From a virus, in IMG/VR virus record IMGVR_UViG_3300020048_000062, positions 1-64,000 of that record: DNA of 64,000 bases, one strand, 5' to 3'. Shown piece after piece: positions 35,571-44,962 of the stretch (within the stretch, counting starts at the first letter, position 1; every line of letters begins with the position of its first letter). The notes below the pieces were generated by a model that worked only from the letters and a program-made list of their open reading frames with translations, had not been told where the DNA came from and did not search any database. The position numbers and the translations under genes are program-made.

Positions 35571-36656
35571 TTATTTCTTAAGTCCAGTAAATAATTCCGC
35601 TTTAATTGCTGGATGCGATATATAATTCTTTAATTCAAAATCATTTATTGTTAACTCAAGAATATCAGCCAGTGAATCAATATCCTTCTTTATTAGTAAA
35701 TTCGGTAACTTATATGGTACTCTATTTACTTGTTCACTAACCATTGGTATATGATTCAGATATAAATGAGTATCTCCACCAACCCATGTAGCTACTCCTG
35801 AAATCATATTAGACGCTTTTGCAAATAACATCAATAAAAGTGACATAGATGCTAAATTAAATGGACAACCAAGTAGTGTATCTACGCTTCTTTGATACAT
35901 GTTTAAATCGAGATAAAATTTAGGAATATTTGCATTATCCAAATCTCTCACTATTTCATCCTTAGTATATTCAAATGGAAGTCTATGACCAATTAATTTA
36001 TAAAGTAGTGTTTCTCTTTCTTCAAAAGATAATGGTCTAACAATAAATTGATACAATAAATGACATGGTGGAAGTGCCATTTCACTAAAATCCGCTTTAT
36101 TCCAACCATCAATTATATGATAACGACTATATGGATTATTTTTTAATCCATCAAGCACTTCTTTAACTTGGTCTACACCATTTTGATTACGCCATTGATA
36201 TCCGTAAACCTTACCCAAATCACCAACGGTATATACACCCCAATTATCAGTTCTATCATAATGCCATTCAAATTCTGGTTCATAAGCAGGATTGTTATCT
36301 TGTTTAACTTGGCTGATAAAATCATCAATAGTTTCTAATTTTCCTATACCATCAATCGTATTACCAATTTCATTCCACCATTTTAAATACCATCGATATG
36401 CATCGCCATTCCAAATATTAACATTATTATCAACAAGATATTTAATATTAGTATTTCCCGACAAAAACCACAGCAATTCGTGTATGATTCCTTTCCAATA
36501 CATTTTTTTTGTTGTGAGTAGTGGAAAGCCATCACTTAAATCCATTTTAATTGTACTGTGTGACACTCCAATGGTATTAGGCATGTTTGCCCTACCACTT
36601 TCTTTTTCTACGCCACAATCAACGATATGATGTAACAAGTCTAAATATTGTTTCAT
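35571..36656 (-). CDS. thyA: Thymidylate synthase
   Basis: FPLLTTKK, ELLWF, VYGYQWR, MALPPCH, YQRSVD, PFN, DTHLY. Confidence 0.96.
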   Translation of the reverse strand: MKQYLDLLHHIVDCGVEKESGRANMPNTIGVSHSTIKMDLSDGFPLLTTKKMYWKGIIHELLWFLSGNTNIKYLVDNNVNIWNGDAYRWYLKWWNEIGNTIDGIGKLETIDDFISQVKQDNNPAYEPEFEWHYDRTDNWGVYTVGDLGKVYGYQWRNQNGVDQVKEVLDGLKNNPYSRYHIIDGWNKADFSEMALPPCHLLYQFIVRPLSFEERETLLYKLIGHRLPFEYTKDEIVRDLDNANIPKFYLDLNMYQRSVDTLLGCPFNLASMSLLLMLFAKASNMISGVATWVGGDTHLYLNHIPMVSEQVNRVPYKLPNLLIKKDIDSLADILELTINDFELKNYISHPAIKAELFTGLKK

Positions 36657-36658
36657 AA

Positions 36659-36868
36659 TTACGCTGGTTTTACGGTTGTTTTCTTCTTAGGATTGGTAAG
36701 TACTTCAATCTCACGATTGATACGACTAATATCGGCAGGTGTTAGCGGTATTAGGTTTGACGATGTTTTTCCATCGATTTTTTCTGGCTTCGTGCCACGT
36801 TTGAGTTGTTCTTCGAGCATTGTCTTAGCATTTGCTCTTCTTAATCTAATTCCAGTTGTACCCTTCAT
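36659..36868 (-). CDS. Small basic protein
   Basis: 69 aa, K/R-rich. Confidence 0.6.
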   Translation of the reverse strand: MKGTTGIRLRRANAKTMLEEQLKRGTKPEKIDGKTSSNLIPLTPADISRINREIEVLTNPKKKTTVKPA

Positions 36869-36900
36869 AATCTGATTTGTTTTTAATTGTTAATTGTTAT

Positions 36901-37965
36901 TTAAAATAATTTTATTTCATTCTTAATTCTAAATGGACGAAGATATTGCTCGATAAACATGTCGCCATATTTCGAATCATTCAGACTACCATATTTACAT
37001 TTTGTGCCGTAATAGCTACCTGCAATATGTTCGGTGGCATAATTTGGCTTTCCTAAACTTCCACGTTTAAATGTTGCAGTATGATATTTTTGGACTAAAT
37101 CCCAAAGATTTAATTCTTCATACATTTCATTGAGTATTGGGTGAAGAAAACTAATACAAACCTCTTTTTGCAATATCTCAAGACTATGCATTTGTTCAAA
37201 TAATTTCATTGAGGCATCAAGACATTCATAATAGTTAGCAATCTTATACTTGTTCTTAACGCCAGAAATAAATACATTATTCGGGTATTCCGAATCCAAT
37301 GTATCAATCAAATCTTTCCACTTGCGATAAGACTCAAGTTTTTGTTTAACCACAGGATGATTTACGAGATAATCATATTTTTCTCTTAAATATTTATTGG
37401 GATATCCTGCAACCGAAAGTATTTTAGGGTCAAAAGTCTCGCTAAAAATTAGAAATTGATATGGGTCGTTATTATTTCTTAATATTGATATTAAATCATC
37501 AAGTTTTTCCCATGCAGCCTCAGTTGCTAAATTAGGTATAAAATCACAATGCTCAATCATGAAATCATTGTACTTTAAATTAATTTCATTAATATCTTCA
37601 TTGGTTAATTCACTACCTTTCTTATCGTGGAACTGATAATTCATGCTTTTGATAAATTCTTTATAGATTTCACTTCCCTCAATATAATCAGCCTTTGGCA
37701 CACCACCTTTTGATAATAGATTATTTAAAATCGTAATCAGTTTCATGGTCTTACTTACGACTTCACCATTTCTATAATCAGTAACAATCTCTGACATATG
37801 TTTTGACATTGGTGGGTCTGGTACTAATTTTAATTTCTCCAACAAGTCCATAATGACACGTGGTTCGTTATCAATTAATATTGGTTCGCCACCTGTAGTA
37901 TTTTCAGAGAGGATGTTTTCATCGTTCAATTCCTCTGGTGAAGATATGTTTTCTTGGTCTTCCAT
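36901..37965 (-). CDS. Hypothetical protein
   Basis: 354-aa ORF within the operon. Confidence 0.7.
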   Translation of the reverse strand: MEDQENISSPEELNDENILSENTTGGEPILIDNEPRVIMDLLEKLKLVPDPPMSKHMSEIVTDYRNGEVVSKTMKLITILNNLLSKGGVPKADYIEGSEIYKEFIKSMNYQFHDKKGSELTNEDINEINLKYNDFMIEHCDFIPNLATEAAWEKLDDLISILRNNNDPYQFLIFSETFDPKILSVAGYPNKYLREKYDYLVNHPVVKQKLESYRKWKDLIDTLDSEYPNNVFISGVKNKYKIANYYECLDASMKLFEQMHSLEILQKEVCISFLHPILNEMYEELNLWDLVQKYHTATFKRGSLGKPNYATEHIAGSYYGTKCKYGSLNDSKYGDMFIEQYLRPFRIKNEIKLF

Positions 37966-37970
37966 TTCAA

Positions 37971-38348
37971 TTAGTTTAATTGTAATCTATTGTAATGTTT
38001 TTTAATTGCCTTCTCACAAAATTCACGCTCAAACTCAGCCTCAACATTAATTTCGCTATTATGAAATTTCCTATTGGTAATTATGTAATCATCGAATTGA
38101 ATGTATGCTTCACCAAGTATTTCATTCAACTCAGAATCACTAACATCAATTACTGTTGTAATTGTCATTGCAATAATCGGCAGAATTGTACCACAATTCA
38201 GTACGTCATCAACACCTGTCGATAATATCGACTCAATCCACACGAGTGTGTAATTTAATGCATTAACAACTGCTCCAACCCTATGTACTGGAACATGTTC
38301 AAGCAAACCATAGTTTGCCCATTCTTCTACTGTGTAACTTGTTTTCAT
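37971..38348 (-). CDS. Small protein resembling MCP fragments (paralog of 56534..56938)
   Basis: EWANYGLLE...ILPII...DVS..ELNEIL...FHNSEINVEAEF. Confidence 0.6.
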   Translation of the reverse strand: MKTSYTVEEWANYGLLEHVPVHRVGAVVNALNYTLVWIESILSTGVDDVLNCGTILPIIAMTITTVIDVSDSELNEILGEAYIQFDDYIITNRKFHNSEINVEAEFEREFCEKAIKKHYNRLQLN

Positions 38349-38662
38349 TATGTATTGTATTCTTGATTTCTGTATCGTTGATCTAAAAATATTGGTGAAT
38401 CATCATGAAGTGTTCTCGGTGATTGTACACCAAAAATTATAACATATTTCATTCCCAACACATCCAAATCATTCAATATTGTTTTTTTAGTATTTTCAAT
38501 ACTCCAAATTGTACCATCATCGTGTATACCACGCATCGTAATTAAAATTATATCATGACCTGCATCATATAATTTTAATAGGGTTTCTTTAGCACCTTTA
38601 AGCCATTCACTTGTGTGATAATCAACAAGTGTTCCATCAATATCGAAAATATGTGCTGCCAT
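38348..38662 (-). CDS. HAD-superfamily hydrolase
   Basis: IFDIDGTL motif I, LITMR motif II, HDD. Confidence 0.8.
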   Translation of the reverse strand: MAAHIFDIDGTLVDYHTSEWLKGAKETLLKLYDAGHDIILITMRGIHDDGTIWSIENTKKTILNDLDVLGMKYVIIFGVQSPRTLHDDSPIFLDQRYRNQEYNT

Positions 38663-39099
38663 TATGCCTTTCCTGTGTGTCCGAATCCACCTTCGCCTCT
38701 ATCGGTTTCTGATAGTTCTGGTGCTTCAATTAATGTTATGTCTGGTAAGTTTAAAAATACCATTTGTCCAATACGGTCACCAACCTGAAATCTTGCTGCA
38801 CCACCTGAATACACACCATGCATAGTATCGTGAAATACAAATATAATTTCACCACGGTAAGTAGCATCAATTATTCCAACTGAATTCTTTAACATTAATT
38901 GTTTGTTAATAACAGAACTTCTTGGGAATGCCATTCCAACCATACCAACAGGTATTTCAAGCGCAATTCCAGTATGGTATTTAATATTGTTAGGTGTTTC
39001 TTCAATAGATGTGCAAAAAAAGTCCCAACCAGCGTCTGGTGTGTACTTTTTAAAGGGTGCTTGTGCTTCTGGTATTAGTTTTTTAAATTTCAGTTCCAT
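38662..39099 (-). CDS. dut: Trimeric dUTPase
   Basis: DAGWD, PRSS, GIIDATYRGEI, GDRIGQ, RGEGGFGHTG. Confidence 0.96.
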   Translation of the reverse strand: MELKFKKLIPEAQAPFKKYTPDAGWDFFCTSIEETPNNIKYHTGIALEIPVGMVGMAFPRSSVINKQLMLKNSVGIIDATYRGEIIFVFHDTMHGVYSGGAARFQVGDRIGQMVFLNLPDITLIEAPELSETDRGEGGFGHTGKA

Positions 39100-39101
39100 T
39101 T

Positions 39102-39389
39102 TTATATTTGTTTAAATTGATTTAATATTTTTTCAATGTCTTCTGGATTTTCGGTCTCAGCTAACTTCATTGTTTCATTTACATATTCCAATGCCATAGT
39201 ATTCTGCATGAGTTCCAATTGTGCGATTTGATTTAATGCGAATCTTGCTTGTGACCCATAATCATCAAATGCTATTTGTGAAGGATTGCTAATCTTGTCT
39301 TGATAGTTCCAACTATTTCCATAAAATATTAATGCTTGTTTTGCAAGTGTTAATAAGCTAATATATTGTTCTTCAATACCGTTATTCAT
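39102..39389 (-). CDS. Hypothetical protein
   Basis: Probable start MNNGIEEQ at 39389, overlapping the KTSC stop. Confidence 0.6.
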   Translation of the reverse strand: MNNGIEEQYISLLTLAKQALIFYGNSWNYQDKISNPSQIAFDDYGSQARFALNQIAQLELMQNTMALEYVNETMKLAETENPEDIEKILNQFKQI

Positions 39390-39726
39390 CTTCTTCGTCT
39401 TTAATTGTTTTTCTACTTTCAACAATTTCCTTCAACTCTTTAACTTCATTAGGATAAAGTGTAAATTCTTTACGGGCAATGTGATTAGGTTTATTGTTTA
39501 TTCTTTTGTGAAAGAATACTCCCTGTGATTCAGCATCTTCAAACTCTGCATACATTTCAGGACTTACATTACTATAGGAGTAAGTATGTCCACGGCTGAA
39601 TGCAATGTATAATCGTCTTGCTTTAGGGAAATATGTTGACTTTAGTACGTTGTCTGATTTGAAAATGGATTCAACATAGCCTACGCTGCCATCAGTATCT
39701 TCGAATTTTTTCTGTTCTACTAACAT
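39382..39726 (-). CDS. KTSC-domain protein
   Basis: SDNV...Y...LYIAF..G.TYSY.NV....Y..F..AESQG.FF; host-type promoter TACATTTG at ~39744-39751 (-). Confidence 0.8.
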   Translation of the reverse strand: MLVEQKKFEDTDGSVGYVESIFKSDNVLKSTYFPKARRLYIAFSRGHTYSYSNVSPEMYAEFEDAESQGVFFHKRINNKPNHIARKEFTLYPNEVKELKEIVESRKTIKDEEDE

Positions 39727-39802
39727 GTTAATATATTATTGTGCAAATGTATGCAATTAATAATTAAAATCAAAGAGTATTTATATAAAAGCGTAAATTA
39801 AT

Positions 39803-40567
39803 ATGTCATTACCAAAAAAAGCCAAAGTAACCCTAGATACCAATCCACCAAAAGTAGGTAATGAATACCTTAAATATGGCATGGATAGAATTGAAACACT
39901 CATGCAGGCAACTGATACTAAGACTAAATATCTTCCAAGAACAATTTTACTCGAAGACTTAGACCAAGGACTTTTCGATTATGTCAGTAAAGAAGGTATG
40001 AAAGCCGTTATAGATAATAAGGAAGTTCCTACTTTCTATCTTGATAATGACCGTTGGGGGGAATTTTCAAAGACTTGGAAATTCAGTGATAATGATAAGA
40101 ATGTTCCTACACCTTATGTTACTGTTAGACGTATTGATAAACAGGCTGGTACAAGACTTGGTACGAAGTATAGAGTTCCACAGGCACGTAAATTCAGATA
40201 CATGAATGTTCCCATTCTCGATGAAGGTCAGGAAATATTCCTACAATTCAGAATGCCAGAGCCAACTAATGTTGATATGATTTATGAAGTTGCATTGTTT
40301 ACCAAATACAGAGTAGATGTAAACCAATACGATGAACAGGTTTTAAAAAACTTTGCATCACGTCAGGATTATATCACAATTAAAGGTAATCCACTTCCAC
40401 TATTATTTGAAGGCTTTGCTGAATCAAATCCAATTGAGAATATTGATGGTGATAGATTCTTCGTTAGTAAATATGCTTTAAAAATCTTGGGATTCATTCA
40501 AGATGAAAAGGAATTTGAAATTGTTAAAACACTAAGAAAGACAAGAATTGGTTTAACTGTTATGTAA
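39803..40567 (+). CDS. Tail completion/sheath terminator (gp15-like)
   Basis: VPTFY...RW...P.VTVRR...P..VDMIYEV; late motif at 39777. Confidence 0.6.
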   Translation: MSLPKKAKVTLDTNPPKVGNEYLKYGMDRIETLMQATDTKTKYLPRTILLEDLDQGLFDYVSKEGMKAVIDNKEVPTFYLDNDRWGEFSKTWKFSDNDKNVPTPYVTVRRIDKQAGTRLGTKYRVPQARKFRYMNVPILDEGQEIFLQFRMPEPTNVDMIYEVALFTKYRVDVNQYDEQVLKNFASRQDYITIKGNPLPLLFEGFAESNPIENIDGDRFFVSKYALKILGFIQDEKEFEIVKTLRKTRIGLTVM

Positions 40568-41348
40568 CAGTATTACCGCTTGGAATAATATACGTATTCG
40601 TTTTATAACTATAAGTGCTACCTGTTGGGTATTGCTGCTTAATCTTATTATACTTCGTATAGGTATTGTTGACTCTATCGCTATAAGCAGTACTCGTGGT
40701 TAGGGTTCTTGCATCAACCTTATAATCAACAAGATTTAAGAACTTCCACGTTCTGTTAACTACATTTAATTCAACTTTAAAATACATCTTTTCTGGTGTG
40801 AGAAATGCAGCATTCACTTGATTATAGAATATTGAAGTCTCACCAGATTTAGCATTGTAGAAACTTAATTTAACGTATCCAATTACAGTTGTTCCACTTT
40901 GAGCGTCAATGTATGATTGAGGAACGTACCAGTAATATAATTGATTAACTGTGTTTGGGTATAAGCTATATTCTGGAAATGCATTGACTTTAGTAAGATA
41001 GGTATTAAAAATCTTTACCTGTGTGTTTGGGTCATATGAATCATAATAATCGAGAACGAAAAAACTGTTACGAATGTTAGATGTTTGACCACTAATTTCA
41101 CTTACAGTGAATCCAGCACCAAGAAATGACACTACGTTATTAAACATAAATGAAAATATTGTATGTCCAAACATCTTGAATTTTCTTCTTTCCACATCAA
41201 CAACAGGATTAACTAAATCAAGCATAGTCGTCTGAGTTAAGTTATCAATTTCTTGCTGATATCCAATGAAACTATCATTTGAACCTAAATTAAATTTCAA
41301 GTTCATGTCTAATCCATTCTTTAATATTTGTTCTCTTATTATTGGCAT
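40560..41348 (-). CDS. Putative baseplate/tail structural protein
   Basis: 262 aa in a late operon. Confidence 0.55.
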   Translation of the reverse strand: MPIIREQILKNGLDMNLKFNLGSNDSFIGYQQEIDNLTQTTMLDLVNPVVDVERRKFKMFGHTIFSFMFNNVVSFLGAGFTVSEISGQTSNIRNSFFVLDYYDSYDPNTQVKIFNTYLTKVNAFPEYSLYPNTVNQLYYWYVPQSYIDAQSGTTVIGYVKLSFYNAKSGETSIFYNQVNAAFLTPEKMYFKVELNVVNRTWKFLNLVDYKVDARTLTTSTAYSDRVNNTYTKYNKIKQQYPTGSTYSYKTNTYIIPSGNTVT

Positions 41349-42526
41349 GGCTGTCCCATCTTATTTATGTCGCCTGTTGGCGTAACGTTTAATTTATATG
41401 AATTTCTTGCATACCAAACCTGTTCAAATGCTGTTAATGTTTCTGTATCATCTAAATCTGGCTGTACGTCAAGTACAATCGATGTGAAAAGATATCTTCT
41501 CTTATTTACAAACGGGTGGTCAGTCCCAATACCACTTAAAGGGTCTTTGTATCCTTCTGACATAATATATCTCCAAACATAATTACCAGCAGTGTCGGCA
41601 GATGTTGCATAGTAAGGTATTGATTGAACATCAGCATATGATGTTCCACTAATATTAGCATTATACACGCTATCTGTTAAGTATCTAAGTCTTAGTGGAA
41701 TAAATGGGTTGTATTTCCAGATAAGTCTATTAGTTCCACCGCTATATGGCGTAGTTATGTAGAATTGTTCTGGCTGTAATTGTACTTGAAGATAATCTAA
41801 CTTAGAATAATCAATTATGTCGCCAAACTTTTGTCCGTTCAATGACATGACGGTATCACCACTAATGAACGATTTTGTTAATATGTTTGGCGTGGTAACG
41901 CCACCAGTGTTATCCCATTGTTTTGCTGCCAATAGCTCGACTGGTGAAAGTGCTGGCTTGTATTGAGCATATAAAAAAAGTTCCGTTACAGGGAATCCAA
42001 ATTGGTCTTGAAAACTACTTACATCGATATCTACATTAAAGTCATACGTATATCCTTGTTCCCCAAACACATTATTTGAAAAACCAACTGGAAATAAATC
42101 AAATTGATTAGGTGTGGCAATTATTGTAAAGAATCTATTATAGGTGATAGTACTATTGTTGGTGCTGCTACCAGTTATTATGTGAGTATATCCACTAATA
42201 GAAGGTCTTACCAAATAAAAATCAAATGAATTTAATATGTTCTTACTACTGCCAGTATATTCAGGTAGAAAGAAGTCTTGAAACTTATTGTAGCCATTTT
42301 TTAATCCGTTAAGTATGGACATGAACTCAATTCGACCATAGATTCTGTAAATCTGATTCGCTTCACGTTCAGCATCAAACACTTCTGTAACACTAAGCAC
42401 ATTCCTAATGTCATACTCGTTGATTTCAACGGCATTGTTAGTTAGCTGAATAGTATTAAATGCATCGACATTAATTGAAGCAACGTTTTGGTATTGGTGT
42501 AATAATATTTCTAATTGTTCGTCCAT
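41339..42526 (-). CDS. Putative baseplate/tail structural protein
   Basis: 395 aa; late motif at 42532-42539. Confidence 0.55.
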   Translation of the reverse strand: MDEQLEILLHQYQNVASINVDAFNTIQLTNNAVEINEYDIRNVLSVTEVFDAEREANQIYRIYGRIEFMSILNGLKNGYNKFQDFFLPEYTGSSKNILNSFDFYLVRPSISGYTHIITGSSTNNSTITYNRFFTIIATPNQFDLFPVGFSNNVFGEQGYTYDFNVDIDVSSFQDQFGFPVTELFLYAQYKPALSPVELLAAKQWDNTGGVTTPNILTKSFISGDTVMSLNGQKFGDIIDYSKLDYLQVQLQPEQFYITTPYSGGTNRLIWKYNPFIPLRLRYLTDSVYNANISGTSYADVQSIPYYATSADTAGNYVWRYIMSEGYKDPLSGIGTDHPFVNKRRYLFTSIVLDVQPDLDDTETLTAFEQVWYARNSYKLNVTPTGDINKMGQPCQ

Positions 42527-42546
42527 ATGTTATAAATACCAAATTT

Positions 42547-44664
42547 TTAGTTAATTAATCCTAATTCATATAAATATTGAATACAGTCGGCACTACCAAA
42601 ACCCTTATAAAAATAAGTATTAGTATCGGGTGCACCATTAATATCTCCATTTACTTTACCGCCATTAAGAGGACATGCGGTAATCCATTGTCCATCTGGG
42701 ATATATACACCATTACGATATTTTCCAATCAAAGTACTTGTAGTTGGTTCAACAAATCCTTTTGGTTTATCTGCAATCAATTTGATGTCAGTGACAGGTA
42801 CTTCAATAATATCAGTCCAGTGTAAGTCTGAACGTCCAAACCATTTTGTACCACTAACGAATGATGCAATTGGTTGAAAATTATCTTTCAAAAACCAGTT
42901 ATTATTAGCACCAGAACCTTCATCGTCTGCCCTACGCTGCCTTGAAAAGTAATCTGCTGTACGAACATATCCAATGAATGCATATCCATTATCAACATAT
43001 GCAAGTTGTGGTAAATGTATACTTAAATTAAGCCAATTTGCGCCAAATATTTTATCCACACCAACCACACTATTATATGGAAACATATAATTCTCATTCG
43101 GATATTCAATATCATTAATATTACTTGAAAAAATGACACCAACATTTGAAAATTGATTACTTGTCGGTATGTGATTAATTTGGTCTTTATCGAAGAATCC
43201 ATCTATAGTATTTTGTTCATCGTCAGGATAATGGGTATTTTCAGTTAGTCCATGAAATCTCGAAAAACTGTAGAACTTACCCGCTTCGAATTTATGATGT
43301 TCTTTTCTCCATGCAATAGTATCTGCATTTGCTGTTGCATCATAGTTTGGTTCATCAAAACTATGATCTCTTTCAGCATGTTGAGGAAATTTAAATCTAA
43401 CCCTATATGGTGTAAGTGATGTGTTGTCACCAATATCACCACTAGCTGTTATTGGCATATCATTTAATGTTATTTCAAGTGTTACAAATCCCCTAAATCC
43501 ACTAAAAACACCCTCAGTTGAATCATCGCTAATATATTTCTTATTTCCGTTTTCATCTGTTGTAATTCTATTTCGATTACAATTTATAATAAACACAAAA
43601 TCACCGTCTCTCTTATGTACAGTATATTCACTAGCATCCAACACAAGCATATCACTACCATCTGTAGCAACTAAATTATTATCAATTTCATAATCACTAA
43701 TTGACGTTGGATAATAATAAATTGTTTCTGTAACTTTTCCAATTCTTTTTGTTGAGATACTTACCGTTGCTTCGGCTGGGTCGTTACCGTGATATAATTC
43801 ATTAATTGCTCTAAAATTATGACTTTCACCGCCCCACATTCTATCCACTCCATCTGTAAACACACTACCAAAGATTGTAAATGTATTTACAAGCGTTGCC
43901 CTTATTCTAAAATCTTGACGAGTAATTCCAATCTCGAAATTAGTGGTATCGCCCCAAAATGGAATAACGTCAACAGTAATTTCTTGTGTCTCAATGTTTG
44001 GTAAGTCACCCAAATCCTGACTTGCTTTAATCATTGTATTATTATTTGTGAATAAATTTGGTGAATATCCTAAATTAACAACCATTGAAGCTGGATTCAT
44101 ACTATATTCACCAATATCAGTAATATCAACACTCATATGGACAGTTTGTGTACCTGTTGGCACGCCAAATATCATATAATCACCAGCATTATTTGTCAAT
44201 GCAGTATATTTATAATATTTTTTATACACATCCATTATTAATGCATTTGTAACCACTTCTTCCTTAATTGGAAAAGAACCAAATGCTTGTTTTGGTGACC
44301 ACTGACCTGTCTTTGAATCAATCTTTGAAACACGTGGTAATAGATTATATCTTTTACCTTCATTATTCTTATCTCTTGGTGTTACATAGGGATAGATGCT
44401 TGTTATCTGACCCATAGCAGCATCTTCATCTGTAAGTGGTATAAAGATACTAATCTTGGCATTTGGAATGCCTACCCCGCCATTTGCAGTGACTCTACCT
44501 ACCAATACACCGTAGTCTGAATTGAAGTCTTGATACACATCTTCGGTACTGAGTTGCATTGACATAAATTCAATTGTATCAACATCTTGTTCAAGTCTTA
44601 CTTTCATGTAAATATCTGAACCAGTGTTGCCAGTATCAAAGTATATTCTTTGGGATTTATTCAT
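42547..44664 (-). CDS. Putative baseplate/tail structural protein (Ig/carboxypeptidase-regulatory-like N-domain)
   Basis: GVLVGRVTANGGVGIPNAKISIF...TNNAGDYMIFGVPTG; late motif at 44679-44686. Confidence 0.55.
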   Translation of the reverse strand: MNKSQRIYFDTGNTGSDIYMKVRLEQDVDTIEFMSMQLSTEDVYQDFNSDYGVLVGRVTANGGVGIPNAKISIFIPLTDEDAAMGQITSIYPYVTPRDKNNEGKRYNLLPRVSKIDSKTGQWSPKQAFGSFPIKEEVVTNALIMDVYKKYYKYTALTNNAGDYMIFGVPTGTQTVHMSVDITDIGEYSMNPASMVVNLGYSPNLFTNNNTMIKASQDLGDLPNIETQEITVDVIPFWGDTTNFEIGITRQDFRIRATLVNTFTIFGSVFTDGVDRMWGGESHNFRAINELYHGNDPAEATVSISTKRIGKVTETIYYYPTSISDYEIDNNLVATDGSDMLVLDASEYTVHKRDGDFVFIINCNRNRITTDENGNKKYISDDSTEGVFSGFRGFVTLEITLNDMPITASGDIGDNTSLTPYRVRFKFPQHAERDHSFDEPNYDATANADTIAWRKEHHKFEAGKFYSFSRFHGLTENTHYPDDEQNTIDGFFDKDQINHIPTSNQFSNVGVIFSSNINDIEYPNENYMFPYNSVVGVDKIFGANWLNLSIHLPQLAYVDNGYAFIGYVRTADYFSRQRRADDEGSGANNNWFLKDNFQPIASFVSGTKWFGRSDLHWTDIIEVPVTDIKLIADKPKGFVEPTTSTLIGKYRNGVYIPDGQWITACPLNGGKVNGDINGAPDTNTYFYKGFGSADCIQYLYELGLIN

Positions 44665-44962
44665 ATAATTTCTTTTTTATAAATACTAAATAGATGAAAA
44701 CCTTACCAATAGAAATTATTTTCAATTATTTTCATTTTTTTTTAAAAATAATTTCAGGAAAAAAAGAGTAAATTTAAAGACAAAAAATCGAAAAAAAAGA
44801 AAATCGGATAACAAAAAATTAAAATAACTGAAAATCTGCATTTATTATCGAAATTCACACTCCCATAATAATCAAAGTAAAAGGTGTTTTGCGATTATTT
44901 TCAGTATTTATTGTAGAAAGAGAGTTTAAAATAATAATAAAAACGATAAATAATTAAAAAAC

